Virus record (IMG/VR): IMGVR_UViG_3300042808_000009
Location: 1 to 37,672 of that record
DNA length: 37,672 nucleotides
Strand: one strand, 5' to 3'
Source of the DNA: a virus
Taxonomy: Duplodnaviria; Caudoviricetes
Under the pieces are notes generated by a model. The model ran no database searches. It had not been told where the DNA came from and saw nothing but the letters and a program-made list of their open reading frames with translations. The translations under genes and the position numbers were made by a program. This document shows, piece by piece, positions 1 through 9,184 of this stretch (position 1 is the first letter of the stretch; the number at the start of each line of letters is the position of its first letter).

Positions 1-281
1 TTTGGAGAGCAGTCAAACGTGCTTTTTTCTATCTTCACACCCTTCGCGGCAATGATGTCTTCATTTTTTGGAATAGGAAGAACATACTCATATTCTTCTA
101 AATACTTTCTTTCAATCAATAGTTCAAACATCTCTTTATTTAATGAAACTGTTTTCTTAAAACCTATCTGTTGCAGTTTATGTTCTCCAACGAGAATGAA
201 CTCACTACCACGATAACATTTTTTTTTATTAAATTCTGGGTGGTCTGCTTTTAGATGATATCTTGTCTCTATTTTTTTCAT
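1..281 (-). CDS. Hypothetical protein, runs off the window's left edge (MKKIETRYHLKADHPEF...)
   Basis: ATG at 281, 3 nt after the stop of 285..509; frame open to position 1 (hand translation). Confidence 0.7.
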   Translation of the reverse strand, partial: MKKIETRYHLKADHPEFNKKKCYRGSEFILVGEHKLQQIGFKKTVSLNKEMFELLIERKYLEEYEYVLPIPKNEDIIAAKGVKIEKSTFDCSP

Positions 282-284
282 ATC

Positions 285-509
285 CTATTTTGTTATTTCT
301 AATATGAAATCTATTACATCTAGTCCTAGCTCTGCCTTTCTTGCTTCTACCTTGTCGAAAGGAAAATCTGGACTATCAGACCTCTTATCCTGTTTATTGT
401 AAGAGCCGCCTTCTCTGAAACTTATATCTTGCAAGCTATGTTTTTTAACAATCTCTAGTGCCTCCCTTTCTCTTTTTCCTAAATATAATACTCCGTCTTT
501 TGTTTTCAT
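285..509 (-). CDS. Hypothetical protein (74 aa)
   Basis: ORF track; A-rich leader; packed in the leftward operon. Confidence 0.75.
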   Translation of the reverse strand: MKTKDGVLYLGKREREALEIVKKHSLQDISFREGGSYNKQDKRSDSPDFPFDKVEARKAELGLDVIDFILEITK

Positions 510-514
510 AATTT

Positions 515-664
515 TTATTTATTAGTTGTAATTTTTTCTCCTTCAAAAGTAGTTCCGCAAGCATGTTCATTGTCTGTGCATGGACTTGCGTGACCTAGCA
601 TACATACTATACCGAGCAATAACCCAAATAGTAGTATAAGCAATCTTTGTGTTTCGTCATCCAT
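515..664 (-). CDS. Small membrane/exported protein (49 aa, MDDETQRLLILLFGLLLGIVCMLGHAS...)
   Basis: Hand translation; one hydrophobic helix; fills the gap between neighbours. Confidence 0.6.
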   Translation of the reverse strand: MDDETQRLLILLFGLLLGIVCMLGHASPCTDNEHACGTTFEGEKITTNK

Positions 665-668
665 AATA

Positions 669-803
669 TTATTTATTAATTATTTTTTTAATCTCTACTT
701 TTTCTGACTTTTTGTTTCTGTAAAACACTTCTGCTCTTGTCTTACTTTTCCTTTCCATAAAGTCATCATTGCTGATTCCTTTAATAAATTTCTTTTTTTT
801 CAT
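669..803 (-). CDS. Small basic protein (44 aa, MKKKKFIKGISNDDFMERK...)
   Basis: Hand translation; first ORF downstream of the promoter at 843-871. Confidence 0.6.
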   Translation of the reverse strand: MKKKKFIKGISNDDFMERKSKTRAEVFYRNKKSEKVEIKKIINK

Positions 804-842
804 AGTTTTTATAAGTTATTATTTACTTACCCCTACACTCTT

Positions 843-871
843 ATATTATCAGATACAAAGCGGTTTGTCAA
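843..871 (-). promoter_or_regulatory. sigma70-type promoter PL1
   Basis: TTGACA-17 bp-TAATAT with TG extended -10. Confidence 0.8.
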
Positions 872-891
872 GGGATTATCATTGAATTATT

Positions 892-1125
892 TTACTCCTT
901 AGAATCATTCATTAGTTCTACTGTTTCATACAGTATCTTATCTAGTTGGCTAACTAATTCGTTATACTTTTTTAAGTCTATCTTTTTTCCTAAAGTATTA
1001 TATCCACCAGCTAGGCAACATAATGCTTTTGCCTGTTCCACTTGACGCTTTCCCCTAAATTCTCCGTACTTTTCTAGTTTAATTGTTATTACCTTTTCTT
1101 TTATATCGATTGATTTATATTGCAT
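892..1125 (-). CDS. Hypothetical protein (77 aa)
   Basis: ORF track; own promoter PL2; AAAAGGT just before ATG. Confidence 0.75.
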   Translation of the reverse strand: MQYKSIDIKEKVITIKLEKYGEFRGKRQVEQAKALCCLAGGYNTLGKKIDLKKYNELVSQLDKILYETVELMNDSKE

Positions 1126-1164
1126 ACCTTTTATTTATTTATTTATTATTAACCCTACACTGAT

Positions 1165-1193
1165 ATATTACACCTATCGAAACGCTTTGTCAA
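1165..1193 (-). promoter_or_regulatory. sigma70-type promoter PL2
   Basis: TTGACA-17 bp-TAATAT; spacer similar to PL1/PL3. Confidence 0.8.
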
Positions 1194-1212
1194 GTGGGGA
1201 AATTATCCCCAC
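1194..1212. terminator. Hairpin just after the 1217..1816 stop codon, abutting the PL2 -35
   Basis: GTGGGGA-AATTA-TCCCCAC; no clear U-tract. Confidence 0.4.
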
Positions 1213-1216
1213 CTGA

Positions 1217-1816
1217 TTAATCGCAATTTTCCCAGTTTGGTTTTCCTTCCCACTTGTAATATTCATCGTGATACATATTCCTTCTAGTATCTCTAAGAAT
1301 AATATTTTTATCGTCATCACTCCATCCTCTTGGAATAGCCTTAACAATAAAACTTTCGCTTATGTTTCCGCTATTAATTACTGGAGCTACTTCACCGTTC
1401 ATCCAATCTCCGCTAACCTGTTTTTTGTCTAGTTCTACAACTTCAAACTTATTTTTTCCTGCTACTCCAATTACTTTGATGTAAGCATTTTTAGTACAAT
1501 TATATCCTCCTCTCCAGTGATAAATATCTCCAATCTTTACTACACTCGAGTCCATGTTTTTTAATGCTTCAGCTTTCTTTAATTTTCTCTGTTTTTTTAG
1601 TAATTCCCAATGGTCTATACTGGCAATTGTATTTTCTATTTTTTCCTTCATCCTTTCGATACTACTGAATGATATCCACCAAGTTCTATGTGATTGCTTT
1701 CCAGTAAAGAATATCGCTTTAGGATTATGTGGCTGTTCAAGGTTTGTATAAACAGCATGAAGCTCTGTTACTGAATATTCTTTGTAACCGTTTGGAATTA
1801 TTCTTTGTTTGCTCAT
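1217..1816 (-). CDS. Early phage protein of unknown function (199 aa)
   Basis: VKIGDIYHWRGGYNCTKNAYIKV resembles the 'VGDI..SWGY.QTN..Y.V' motif of a common phage hypothetical family. Confidence 0.75.
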   Translation of the reverse strand: MSKQRIIPNGYKEYSVTELHAVYTNLEQPHNPKAIFFTGKQSHRTWWISFSSIERMKEKIENTIASIDHWELLKKQRKLKKAEALKNMDSSVVKIGDIYHWRGGYNCTKNAYIKVIGVAGKNKFEVVELDKKQVSGDWMNGEVAPVINSGNISESFIVKAIPRGWSDDDKNIILRDTRRNMYHDEYYKWEGKPNWENCD

Positions 1817-1870
1817 AATTTTTTCTTTATTGTATTTATTAATTTATTATTCTCTCACCCTCACAATATC

Positions 1871-1899
1871 ATCTTAGCAGATACGAAACGCTTTGTCAA
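1871..1899 (-). promoter_or_regulatory. sigma70-type promoter PL3
   Basis: TTGACA-17 bp-TAAGAT with TG extended -10. Confidence 0.8.
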
Positions 1900-1903
1900 G
1901 CTC

Positions 1904-1931
1904 TTCCAATAAAATAAATTAGTGTTATAAT
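1904..1931 (+). promoter_or_regulatory. Divergent rightward promoter for the tail-fibre module
   Basis: TG-T-TATAAT extended -10 (1923-1931); weak -35 TTCCAA. Confidence 0.55.
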
Positions 1932-2097
1932 AAAAGTAACAAAAAAAGACCTTAATCAAGGTTTGTAAAATGACAAAAAAATGCCGTATTCTAGCGGAAA
2001 TCTCCCATTATATAGCAAAAAACAAAAGCGATTAGTAATTCCAAGAACATAATAATATTTTACACCATATAAATAATAAAGCAATAATATTATCAAC

Positions 2098-2997
2098 ATG
2101 CCAGTACCAGAAAATAAAATTCCAGAAGAAACTCCAACTAATGAAGAAACATTGCTAGAGGCAATGCTTGAAGATAATAGCGAAAAGATGGAGGAAAATA
2201 ATTCAATGCTCGAAACTGTAGTAGAGCAAAACTCAGAAAATCAGACCATCCAAGAAGCTCAGCTAGAAGTCCAGAATGACACTAAAGAAGCAGTACAAGG
2301 AACAGCCGCAGCAATTAATAATCTTAAACCAGAGTTCCAGAGGATGGCTGAGATGGCTGATTTTATAGGAGCTTTCTTGGCAAAGATAAAGGGAGAGAAG
2401 GGAGATAAAGGAGACAATGGAGAGAAGGGAGATACTCCGATATTTGGAACTGATTACTTTACTAATGAGCAGATACAGAAAATATCTGATGATATCCAAT
2501 CTAGGATAAGAGTTCCTGAAGACGGGAAAGATGGATATACTCCTATTCTCGGTAAAGACTTTTTCACTAAGGAGCAGATACAAGAGATGATTGATTACAT
2601 CCAGAAAAATGTTAAGGACGGAAAAGATGGAATAGATGGAATGGATGCCAAAGTAGATTATGAGTATATTTTTAAGGAGGTTCTTAATCGAGTAAAAATT
2701 CCTAAACAAAAAATACTGACTGAAAAAGAAATACTAGAAAGCTTGAAAGGAAAGTTCTCCTATAATGACCTAAAAGATAAGCCAGAGAGATTCTTTTCTG
2801 AGCAATCAGGTGGCGGAGGTGGAATATCTCAGATATTCGTAGGTTCTGGAAATGGGATTGAGGGGGCTGGAGCATCTGATGACCCTCTAAGATTAGACAT
2901 AGTACACGATGATACTTTAGACGGTAAAGGAACATTAGCAGACCCGCTTAGGGTGGCTGAAGACAAATCAATAATTTATGCAATAGCACTTGGGTAA
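2098..2997 (+). CDS. Putative virion protein with acidic coiled coil and short collagen-like G-X-Y repeats
   Basis: KGEKGDKGDNGEKGD, DGKDG repeats, twice-repeated TPI(F/L)G.D.FT. Confidence 0.75.
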   Translation: MPVPENKIPEETPTNEETLLEAMLEDNSEKMEENNSMLETVVEQNSENQTIQEAQLEVQNDTKEAVQGTAAAINNLKPEFQRMAEMADFIGAFLAKIKGEKGDKGDNGEKGDTPIFGTDYFTNEQIQKISDDIQSRIRVPEDGKDGYTPILGKDFFTKEQIQEMIDYIQKNVKDGKDGIDGMDAKVDYEYIFKEVLNRVKIPKQKILTEKEILESLKGKFSYNDLKDKPERFFSEQSGGGGGISQIFVGSGNGIEGAGASDDPLRLDIVHDDTLDGKGTLADPLRVAEDKSIIYAIALG

Positions 2998-2998
2998 T

Positions 2999-5248
2999 AT
3001 GAAAAAAATAATATCAAATTATATATTCGATGCTTCAGCCAAGACTATAACCTTGAGCGATTATGATTCAATATCGCTAGAAAGAGTTTTACTGATAGCA
3101 AATGTGGTAGATAATATTGTAATCTACGATTTTTCTAATCCTCTAAAAGGAGGAAGTGTTCTAAATAATGTTCTTACATTGGAGTACGATACTACATCAA
3201 TGTCAGACACAGACAATCTTCAGATTTGGTATGATGACGGAGTATATGAAGAATCAGGAGCAGTAGTTACTAACGCAAGACAGAAATTTAGAGATGGGTT
3301 TGCTTTAGGAGGAACTCAGCCAGACCCTACTATATGGGACACAATAGATGATAATCCGTCAGCAAACATAATAGAGACTGGCGGTAATTCTTCTAGCTCT
3401 TCTTACCTAAGAATTTCTCTTTCTCCTTTCCATGACGACAACATGGTAAGTATAACTTCGAAGAAATTATTTGCCATGCCTTTTAGAGTTGGATATGGAA
3501 TATCTCTATCTCAAAGAATAGTCGGAGTCGAGTGTGGTATGGAAATGGTCGGAGTAGATGAAAATGGAAATGTAGATAATAGCACTCCTATCGCTGATAA
3601 GGCTATAACAGGGGCTACTATTACAATAGCTTCTAATGTGGGAACTGTAACATGTACTGGTCATGGATTAGTGGGGGGTGATAGAATTGCAATATACGGA
3701 TGTGAAGACCCGAGGATGAATGTTTCTCCAGTAGTAGTTACCGTAGTAGATGCTGACAACTTTACTGTTCCAATAACCGCATCAAATGGAACATACTCTT
3801 CTTTGAATGGTTACATTAGAGTCATTGACCCATTCCTATATGCAAAGAATGGAGCTTCTTATCTTACAGAAAATGCTACTGCTACTAACGCTACGGTGTA
3901 TAATAGAAGAAATGGAAGTTCTTTTAGAGCTTTGAATTCTACTATAGCTACCACTGTAGCAAGTCAAGCAAATACATCTCCTTTTACAGATTCTTTCATA
4001 TCAGCAGCAACTCAAGAAATATATTCAAACTTGGATGAAGTATCTTGGAGGTCTGTAGGATTCGATGGAGTAGCAACTCCTTCTGGTTTGCTTAAAAGAA
4101 CTCAGGGGATACCAGACAACGATGTAAATTACAAGATGAGGGTAAGGATAAAAAACATCAAGGGTCTTACTAAGCCTATAGCCAGAATAACATCAATATC
4201 TAAAGGAGGTACTACTACCGCCACAGTAACAACAGATGTAAAACACAATCTTACTACATCAGACTGGATTCAGATTTACGGTGTGAGAGATATTGCTAAC
4301 TTCCCAAATCTTACAGCACAAACTCAGGTTTCTTCTGTTATAGATGATTATAATTTTACAGTTGTTATGACTGGAGCTGTTACCGCTAATTCTGCTGGTG
4401 GAGTTGTATGGAAAGTTCAAGGTTCTGTTTTAGCTCCTGGAGTTTATGCTCAGAATATCCAGAGCATATCTAGGACTAATAATGTATTGGCTGTAGTAGG
4501 AAATACTACATGGGCTACTCCTCTTCCAGGAGAGACTGTTCATTTATATGGTTTAGATGGGTCTGGAGCTGCTTATGAAGGAGCTTACAAGGTATTGAAG
4601 GTAAGTACATCAACTTTATACTTAGAAAGCGTAGGAGACGATTTTGTGTCTTTAGATTGCGGTGGTTCGGTAATAAAGAGAACAGACCTAAGAATCCATT
4701 TTGTTAGGGTTCTTGATTACACTAGGTTAGTAACTGAAATAGTCGGAGGAAGAGGAAATACTACCGATATAAACAACGCTGTTCCAGTAGCTATTACTGG
4801 TAGTGCTACATTGGCGGCAACTGTTTCTGGGGGTGCGGCAATAGATGCAGCGGTAGCTGGAACTCCAGTCGGAGCAGCCTGTAGAGCATCATTAGCCACC
4901 CCAGCAGCAGTATCAGCAGATGGTGATGTCCAGTTACCTTGGGTAGATAGAGTAGGTAGGCAAATGATTTCTCAAAAGTGTGCCACAGCGACAAAAACAA
5001 ATGTTTCTGGAAGTGCATCTAGCACGCAACTATTAGCGGCTAATACATCAAGACTTGGAGCTACTATATATAACGATTCTTCAGCTATAATGTATCTTAA
5101 CCTAGGAAGTACAGCTACATCGACAGACTTTACTGTAAAACTAGAACAGGATGATTATTACGAAGTTCCTTTCGGATATACTGGAGTTATAAACGCTATA
5201 TGGGCTAGTGCTACAGGAGCAGCAAGAATAACAGAACTAAGTTCATAA
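2999..5248 (+). CDS. Tail-fibre/baseplate-associated structural protein
   Basis: ATG 2999 preferred over TTG 2990; N-terminal 'YIFDASAKTITL...LLIANVVDNIVIYDF' module; repeated 'TVT..HGL..GD.I.IYG' (E1-FCCH-like) modules; Thr/Ser/Gly-rich. Confidence 0.7.
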   Translation: MKKIISNYIFDASAKTITLSDYDSISLERVLLIANVVDNIVIYDFSNPLKGGSVLNNVLTLEYDTTSMSDTDNLQIWYDDGVYEESGAVVTNARQKFRDGFALGGTQPDPTIWDTIDDNPSANIIETGGNSSSSSYLRISLSPFHDDNMVSITSKKLFAMPFRVGYGISLSQRIVGVECGMEMVGVDENGNVDNSTPIADKAITGATITIASNVGTVTCTGHGLVGGDRIAIYGCEDPRMNVSPVVVTVVDADNFTVPITASNGTYSSLNGYIRVIDPFLYAKNGASYLTENATATNATVYNRRNGSSFRALNSTIATTVASQANTSPFTDSFISAATQEIYSNLDEVSWRSVGFDGVATPSGLLKRTQGIPDNDVNYKMRVRIKNIKGLTKPIARITSISKGGTTTATVTTDVKHNLTTSDWIQIYGVRDIANFPNLTAQTQVSSVIDDYNFTVVMTGAVTANSAGGVVWKVQGSVLAPGVYAQNIQSISRTNNVLAVVGNTTWATPLPGETVHLYGLDGSGAAYEGAYKVLKVSTSTLYLESVGDDFVSLDCGGSVIKRTDLRIHFVRVLDYTRLVTEIVGGRGNTTDINNAVPVAITGSATLAATVSGGAAIDAAVAGTPVGAACRASLATPAAVSADGDVQLPWVDRVGRQMISQKCATATKTNVSGSASSTQLLAANTSRLGATIYNDSSAIMYLNLGSTATSTDFTVKLEQDDYYEVPFGYTGVINAIWASATGAARITELSS

Positions 5249-5252
5249 AAAT

Positions 5253-7097
5253 ATGTCTTTATATAAAAAACTTTTAGCATTAAAAACAAGATTTACTCCC
5301 GCTGGGAGTATTTCTGCTACAAATGTTCAGGGAGCTATAGAAGAACTAGATTCTGATTTATCTCTAAAAGCTACAATGTTTCCAGGAATAGATGAAACTA
5401 CTCCAGTTACAATATCAATAAATTATTCTACAAGAGTTCTTACTGTTACACCTACTGGAGCAAGTTTTAATGTATTAGTAGATGGCGGCGGAGTAGTAAC
5501 AAAGTATGTAAAATCTGGAGCAGTAGCATTTCCTGCTTTTACTGATACTAATGGAGTCTGGTATTTCTATTTCGATTCTTCTGGAAATCCTATTTCTACT
5601 CAGGTAATCCCTACTACTTATACTTCAGTCGCTATGATTTATAGGATTCTTTGGAATAATACACTAAGTGGCTCTTCAAAATCTATTACTGAAGCTTACG
5701 AAGTTCATGCAAATACTATTCCTGGAATAGACCACGACTGGAAGCATCAATACGGAGCAGTATGGGTAGAAGGAGGTTCTCTTGCATACACAGCACTTAC
5801 TTCTGGCTCTCCTAATGCAAGCGGAGTAAATACTTGTGTAGGAATGACATCTCTAACTAACTTAGATGATAATCTTAGATACACTATAGAAAATTCTTCT
5901 GGAGGATTATCTTGGCAACAAGTCTTAGGAGAAGTAGCTCCAGCAAATATTACTACTTCCAACGGAGGTCTTTTTGAAATTAGATATCAGAACGCTTCAA
6001 AAGTACAATTTGCCTTACCCGCTACAAGATTTCCTTTCGATTGGGATAGTGTATCAAATCTTCCAAATTATATTACAGCAGATGGAACAAGAACTCCAGT
6101 TACTAATCTATATTTTTTCGTTGTATTTTTATCTTCAATTCAAGACCCTAGAAATGGTAAGGCTGTAAAGTTAGTATCAGCTCCCGCAGAATATTCTACA
6201 ATTACCGCAGCTAGAGCAGTAACATGGACAGATATTCAAGCAGCATATCCAGTATTCGCAGATAAGGAGGTAAGACCTTTATATAGGATGATTTTCGAAT
6301 ATAGGACTACTTATGACATAGCTGTAAAGAAAACTGTACTTAGGGAAGTAGAAGATATAAGAGTAGCTCGAGTGGTAGCAACACCAGCGGCAGGTTCTAT
6401 GCCAGCAACATCAGTTACAGTTACACCAACTGGAAATGTAGTAGCTACAAATGTCCAAGATGCTATCGCTGAACTTGATAGTGAAAAGCTAGCAAACATC
6501 GTAGAAGACACTACTCCTCAGCTAGGAGGACAATTAGATGTAAATGGAAAATCACTAGGAGACGGAACATTAGAGTTATTAAGCTTTATAGAAACTGCTG
6601 AAGCGGTAAATGAATTTACCATAAAAAATGCCGCAACTGGTAATGCTCCAGAACTACAAGCAACTGGTGGAGATAGTAATATAGACCTCAAATTAGTTCC
6701 AAAGGGAACTGGAGTTGTCAAAGGAGAGAGAAAGATGTTCACAGTAAGATTAATCGATAAGGATACTGATTTAACAACTGGAAATGGAAAAGGCGGAGAG
6801 TTCAGAATATCTCCTCTTAGAGCAATAACGGTAAAGGATGTGGGAGCTTATGTAGATACTGCCGCTACTGGAGCTAATTTATTAACTGTAGACATAAACG
6901 AAGGAGGAACATCAATATTGTCTACTAAGATAACTTTAGATGATGGAGAGAAGACAAGTACCGCCGCAGTAACTCAGCCAGCGATATCAGATACTTCTAT
7001 TGCCTCTGATGCTATAATTACTTTTGATATTGACCAAGTAGGAAATACAACAGCAGGAAAAGGTCTAGTAGTTTGGTTAGAATATGAATACGCATAA
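5253..7097 (+). CDS. Tail-fibre-like protein
   Basis: Twice-repeated TP.G...ATNVQ.AI.ELDS motif; VEDTTPQLGGQLDVNG fibre motif. Confidence 0.7.
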   Translation: MSLYKKLLALKTRFTPAGSISATNVQGAIEELDSDLSLKATMFPGIDETTPVTISINYSTRVLTVTPTGASFNVLVDGGGVVTKYVKSGAVAFPAFTDTNGVWYFYFDSSGNPISTQVIPTTYTSVAMIYRILWNNTLSGSSKSITEAYEVHANTIPGIDHDWKHQYGAVWVEGGSLAYTALTSGSPNASGVNTCVGMTSLTNLDDNLRYTIENSSGGLSWQQVLGEVAPANITTSNGGLFEIRYQNASKVQFALPATRFPFDWDSVSNLPNYITADGTRTPVTNLYFFVVFLSSIQDPRNGKAVKLVSAPAEYSTITAARAVTWTDIQAAYPVFADKEVRPLYRMIFEYRTTYDIAVKKTVLREVEDIRVARVVATPAAGSMPATSVTVTPTGNVVATNVQDAIAELDSEKLANIVEDTTPQLGGQLDVNGKSLGDGTLELLSFIETAEAVNEFTIKNAATGNAPELQATGGDSNIDLKLVPKGTGVVKGERKMFTVRLIDKDTDLTTGNGKGGEFRISPLRAITVKDVGAYVDTAATGANLLTVDINEGGTSILSTKITLDDGEKTSTAAVTQPAISDTSIASDAIITFDIDQVGNTTAGKGLVVWLEYEYA

Positions 7098-7098
7098 T

Positions 7099-8076
7099 AT
7101 GATAGTCTTTTCTAAAGAGTGGTTTAACAAACACCAAGAAAATCTAGTAAAAATAGCTAGAAATCCTTTCATAGGAGAGGCTATTTTTGGGTTCAGTACA
7201 TTTGGACATAATGTAAAGACTAATAGAATAGTAGGAATAAGACAGAACTCTGTAATAGAACATATCGGATATGAAAATGGTTTACCAAAATTCAGAGAAC
7301 ATATAGCAGGATATAATTGCTACGCAGTAAGATTATTCGAAGAGTTTAATTTTGTATGGAGAGCAATTCATTTCTGGGACATGGAAATTGCTAATAAATT
7401 ATTCCCTCAATATAATCTAGGCTTTGATACATTGACTGTTTATACTGACCTACAAAGTAGCGAAACTAATTCTATAATGAGAGGTATGGGTGTTTTTCCA
7501 ACAGAGCAAAGTTTTTCTGATATATGTTCAATAACAACTGCCACAAGTGTTTCTATATCTGCTCCTTATGTTAACTTAACAGCTGGCACAACTACAGATT
7601 TATTTGCAGGAATAACTAGGTCATTTTTTTCATTCTATACTAACATAGGAAGTAACGCTAATGTATCAAGTGCTGTTATTGGTTTATTAATTCAGTCAAA
7701 ACTTAATGGTCTAGGAGAACAAGGTATTCATTTAGTAAAGACAACACAATCTTCAGATAATACTTTAGTGGGAGAAGACCTAGCATATATGACTAACGAT
7801 TCTTTATCGTATGTCAGTTATGGTGACGTAGTAACATCTACAACTAATAGATTTGATTTTCCTACTCTTAATGACTATTCAGCAATAAATAAAACTGGAA
7901 CTTCTAAATTTGCTGCTAGGGGAGAATGGGAATTAGATGGTACTTTTTCTGGAACATGGGTTGCTTCTGGAGTTTCAAGATATATAATAAGAAACTCTGC
8001 ACTTTCAGCTAATACCCCTAGATTAGTATTAGAATACACCTTATCATCATTTATTCCCCTTATTATAACATCTTAA
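7099..8076 (+). CDS. Putative virion/receptor-binding accessory protein (C-terminal beta-sandwich, DNRLRE/CBM96-like)
   Basis: ATG 7099 right after the upstream stop (track uses 7084); RSFFSF...VSSAVI...PRLVLEY pattern. Confidence 0.55.
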   Translation: MIVFSKEWFNKHQENLVKIARNPFIGEAIFGFSTFGHNVKTNRIVGIRQNSVIEHIGYENGLPKFREHIAGYNCYAVRLFEEFNFVWRAIHFWDMEIANKLFPQYNLGFDTLTVYTDLQSSETNSIMRGMGVFPTEQSFSDICSITTATSVSISAPYVNLTAGTTTDLFAGITRSFFSFYTNIGSNANVSSAVIGLLIQSKLNGLGEQGIHLVKTTQSSDNTLVGEDLAYMTNDSLSYVSYGDVVTSTTNRFDFPTLNDYSAINKTGTSKFAARGEWELDGTFSGTWVASGVSRYIIRNSALSANTPRLVLEYTLSSFIPLIITS

Positions 8077-8159
8077 AAATAGTTACAGTAAGTCACAAAA
8101 TGAATTTTGAGAGAGTTTTATCTTAAAAACGATAATTAATATGTTAATAAAAAACAAAC

Positions 8160-8465
8160 ATGCCAGGAGAAGAAAAACCTTTTGACAGCTATACATACGG
8201 TGAGAAAATGGGAATGATTTTCGAGAAGCTGAGCAACTTTGAGAAAGTTCAGATTCAGACTAAAGAAGAGATGAATGACAAACTAGATACTTTCATGGAA
8301 AAGTGCGATAAGAGACTTTGCGACTGCGAAAAAAAGATTGAAAAGCATCAAGATATAATATCAAACGCCAAAGGAAAAATAACGATAATATCGCTTGTAT
8401 ATTTTTTCGTTGTCGGATTCTTGGCTACTAATTGGAATAAATTATTTGACTTTTTTTCGAAGTAA
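8160..8465 (+). CDS. Coiled-coil protein with C-terminal TM helix (XhlA/holin-accessory-like)
   Basis: Charged heptads followed by ITIISLVYFFVVGFLA; next to lysis genes. Confidence 0.6.
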   Translation: MPGEEKPFDSYTYGEKMGMIFEKLSNFEKVQIQTKEEMNDKLDTFMEKCDKRLCDCEKKIEKHQDIISNAKGKITIISLVYFFVVGFLATNWNKLFDFFSK

Positions 8466-8480
8466 TTTTTGTGTGTTACC

Positions 8481-8664
8481 TGTGGATAAACTGTTAACAA
8501 ATGTGGAAAAGTGTTGACAAGTACCTGTGGATAAACTGTTAATTACTTGTGTAGAAAACTGTGGAAAACCCGTTAACAACATGTATAAAACTTGTTAATA
8601 AAAAACTAAAAATCCCCCCAACCTACATATATCCCCCCTAAATATATATTTTAATATTATAATT
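8481..8664. promoter_or_regulatory. DnaA-box array plus AT-rich element; candidate replication origin
   Basis: TGTGGATAA at 8481 and 8526, TGTGGAAAA at 8502 and 8560, seven degenerate copies, all co-oriented; AT-only run at about 8639-8665. Confidence 0.7.
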
Positions 8665-8681
8665 AGCGGTGAAAAATTTAT

Positions 8682-8710
8682 TTGACTTTTGTTTTTTATA
8701 AGAGTAAAAT
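8682..8710 (+). promoter_or_regulatory. sigma70 promoter giving a probably leaderless transcript of 8717
   Basis: TTGACT-17-TAAAAT; ATG 6 nt downstream. Confidence 0.6.
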
Positions 8711-8716
8711 TCAGTT

Positions 8717-9184
8717 ATGGATACAAAAAAGATTTTGAAATCATTTATCAGGATTGTTAATGGGATAAGAGAATACTCGCTAACCAAATTTTCTATTTCA
8801 GAATTTGGATTACAATGTCCTTTTAGATTCGCAGAAAATAATGCACTAGATAGAGAATATTTTACTGTCAGCGTAAATGAATTTCAAAAGATTTTAGAAC
8901 AGGACTGGACAACTCAATTAAAGTTCTCAAAAGAAAATTTCGACTGTGATGATTTTTCCATAATGCTAAAAGGACATCTTTCTTCCGAGTACGGAATTAA
9001 TCTTTTCGGGATAGCAATAGGTTTTATAGAAATAAACGGAAAGAAGTCTGGACACTCATTCGGAGTTTTCATGGATTCTAGTAAGGAGTGGTACATCGTA
9101 GAGCCTCAGAATAACGGAATATCAAAATTATCTCTAGGAAAAATTGGAGATAATATATACTCGATTGATTATGTAATTTTATGA
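8717..9184 (+). CDS. Papain/transglutaminase-like cysteine peptidase (lectin MOA/agglutinin C-terminal-like)
   Basis: FDCDDFS (Cys), GHSFG (His), IVEPQN (Glu) triad pattern. Confidence 0.7.
   Translation: MDTKKILKSFIRIVNGIREYSLTKFSISEFGLQCPFRFAENNALDREYFTVSVNEFQKILEQDWTTQLKFSKENFDCDDFSIMLKGHLSSEYGINLFGIAIGFIEINGKKSGHSFGVFMDSSKEWYIVEPQNNGISKLSLGKIGDNIYSIDYVIL

Noticed and set aside
1970-2052. Short ORFs (21-23 aa) upstream of 2098
   Set aside because: Too short and featureless to support
8470-8601. CRISPR array or mini-array
   Set aside because: Units are 9-11 bp with no unique spacers and no cas genes; DnaA boxes explain them better
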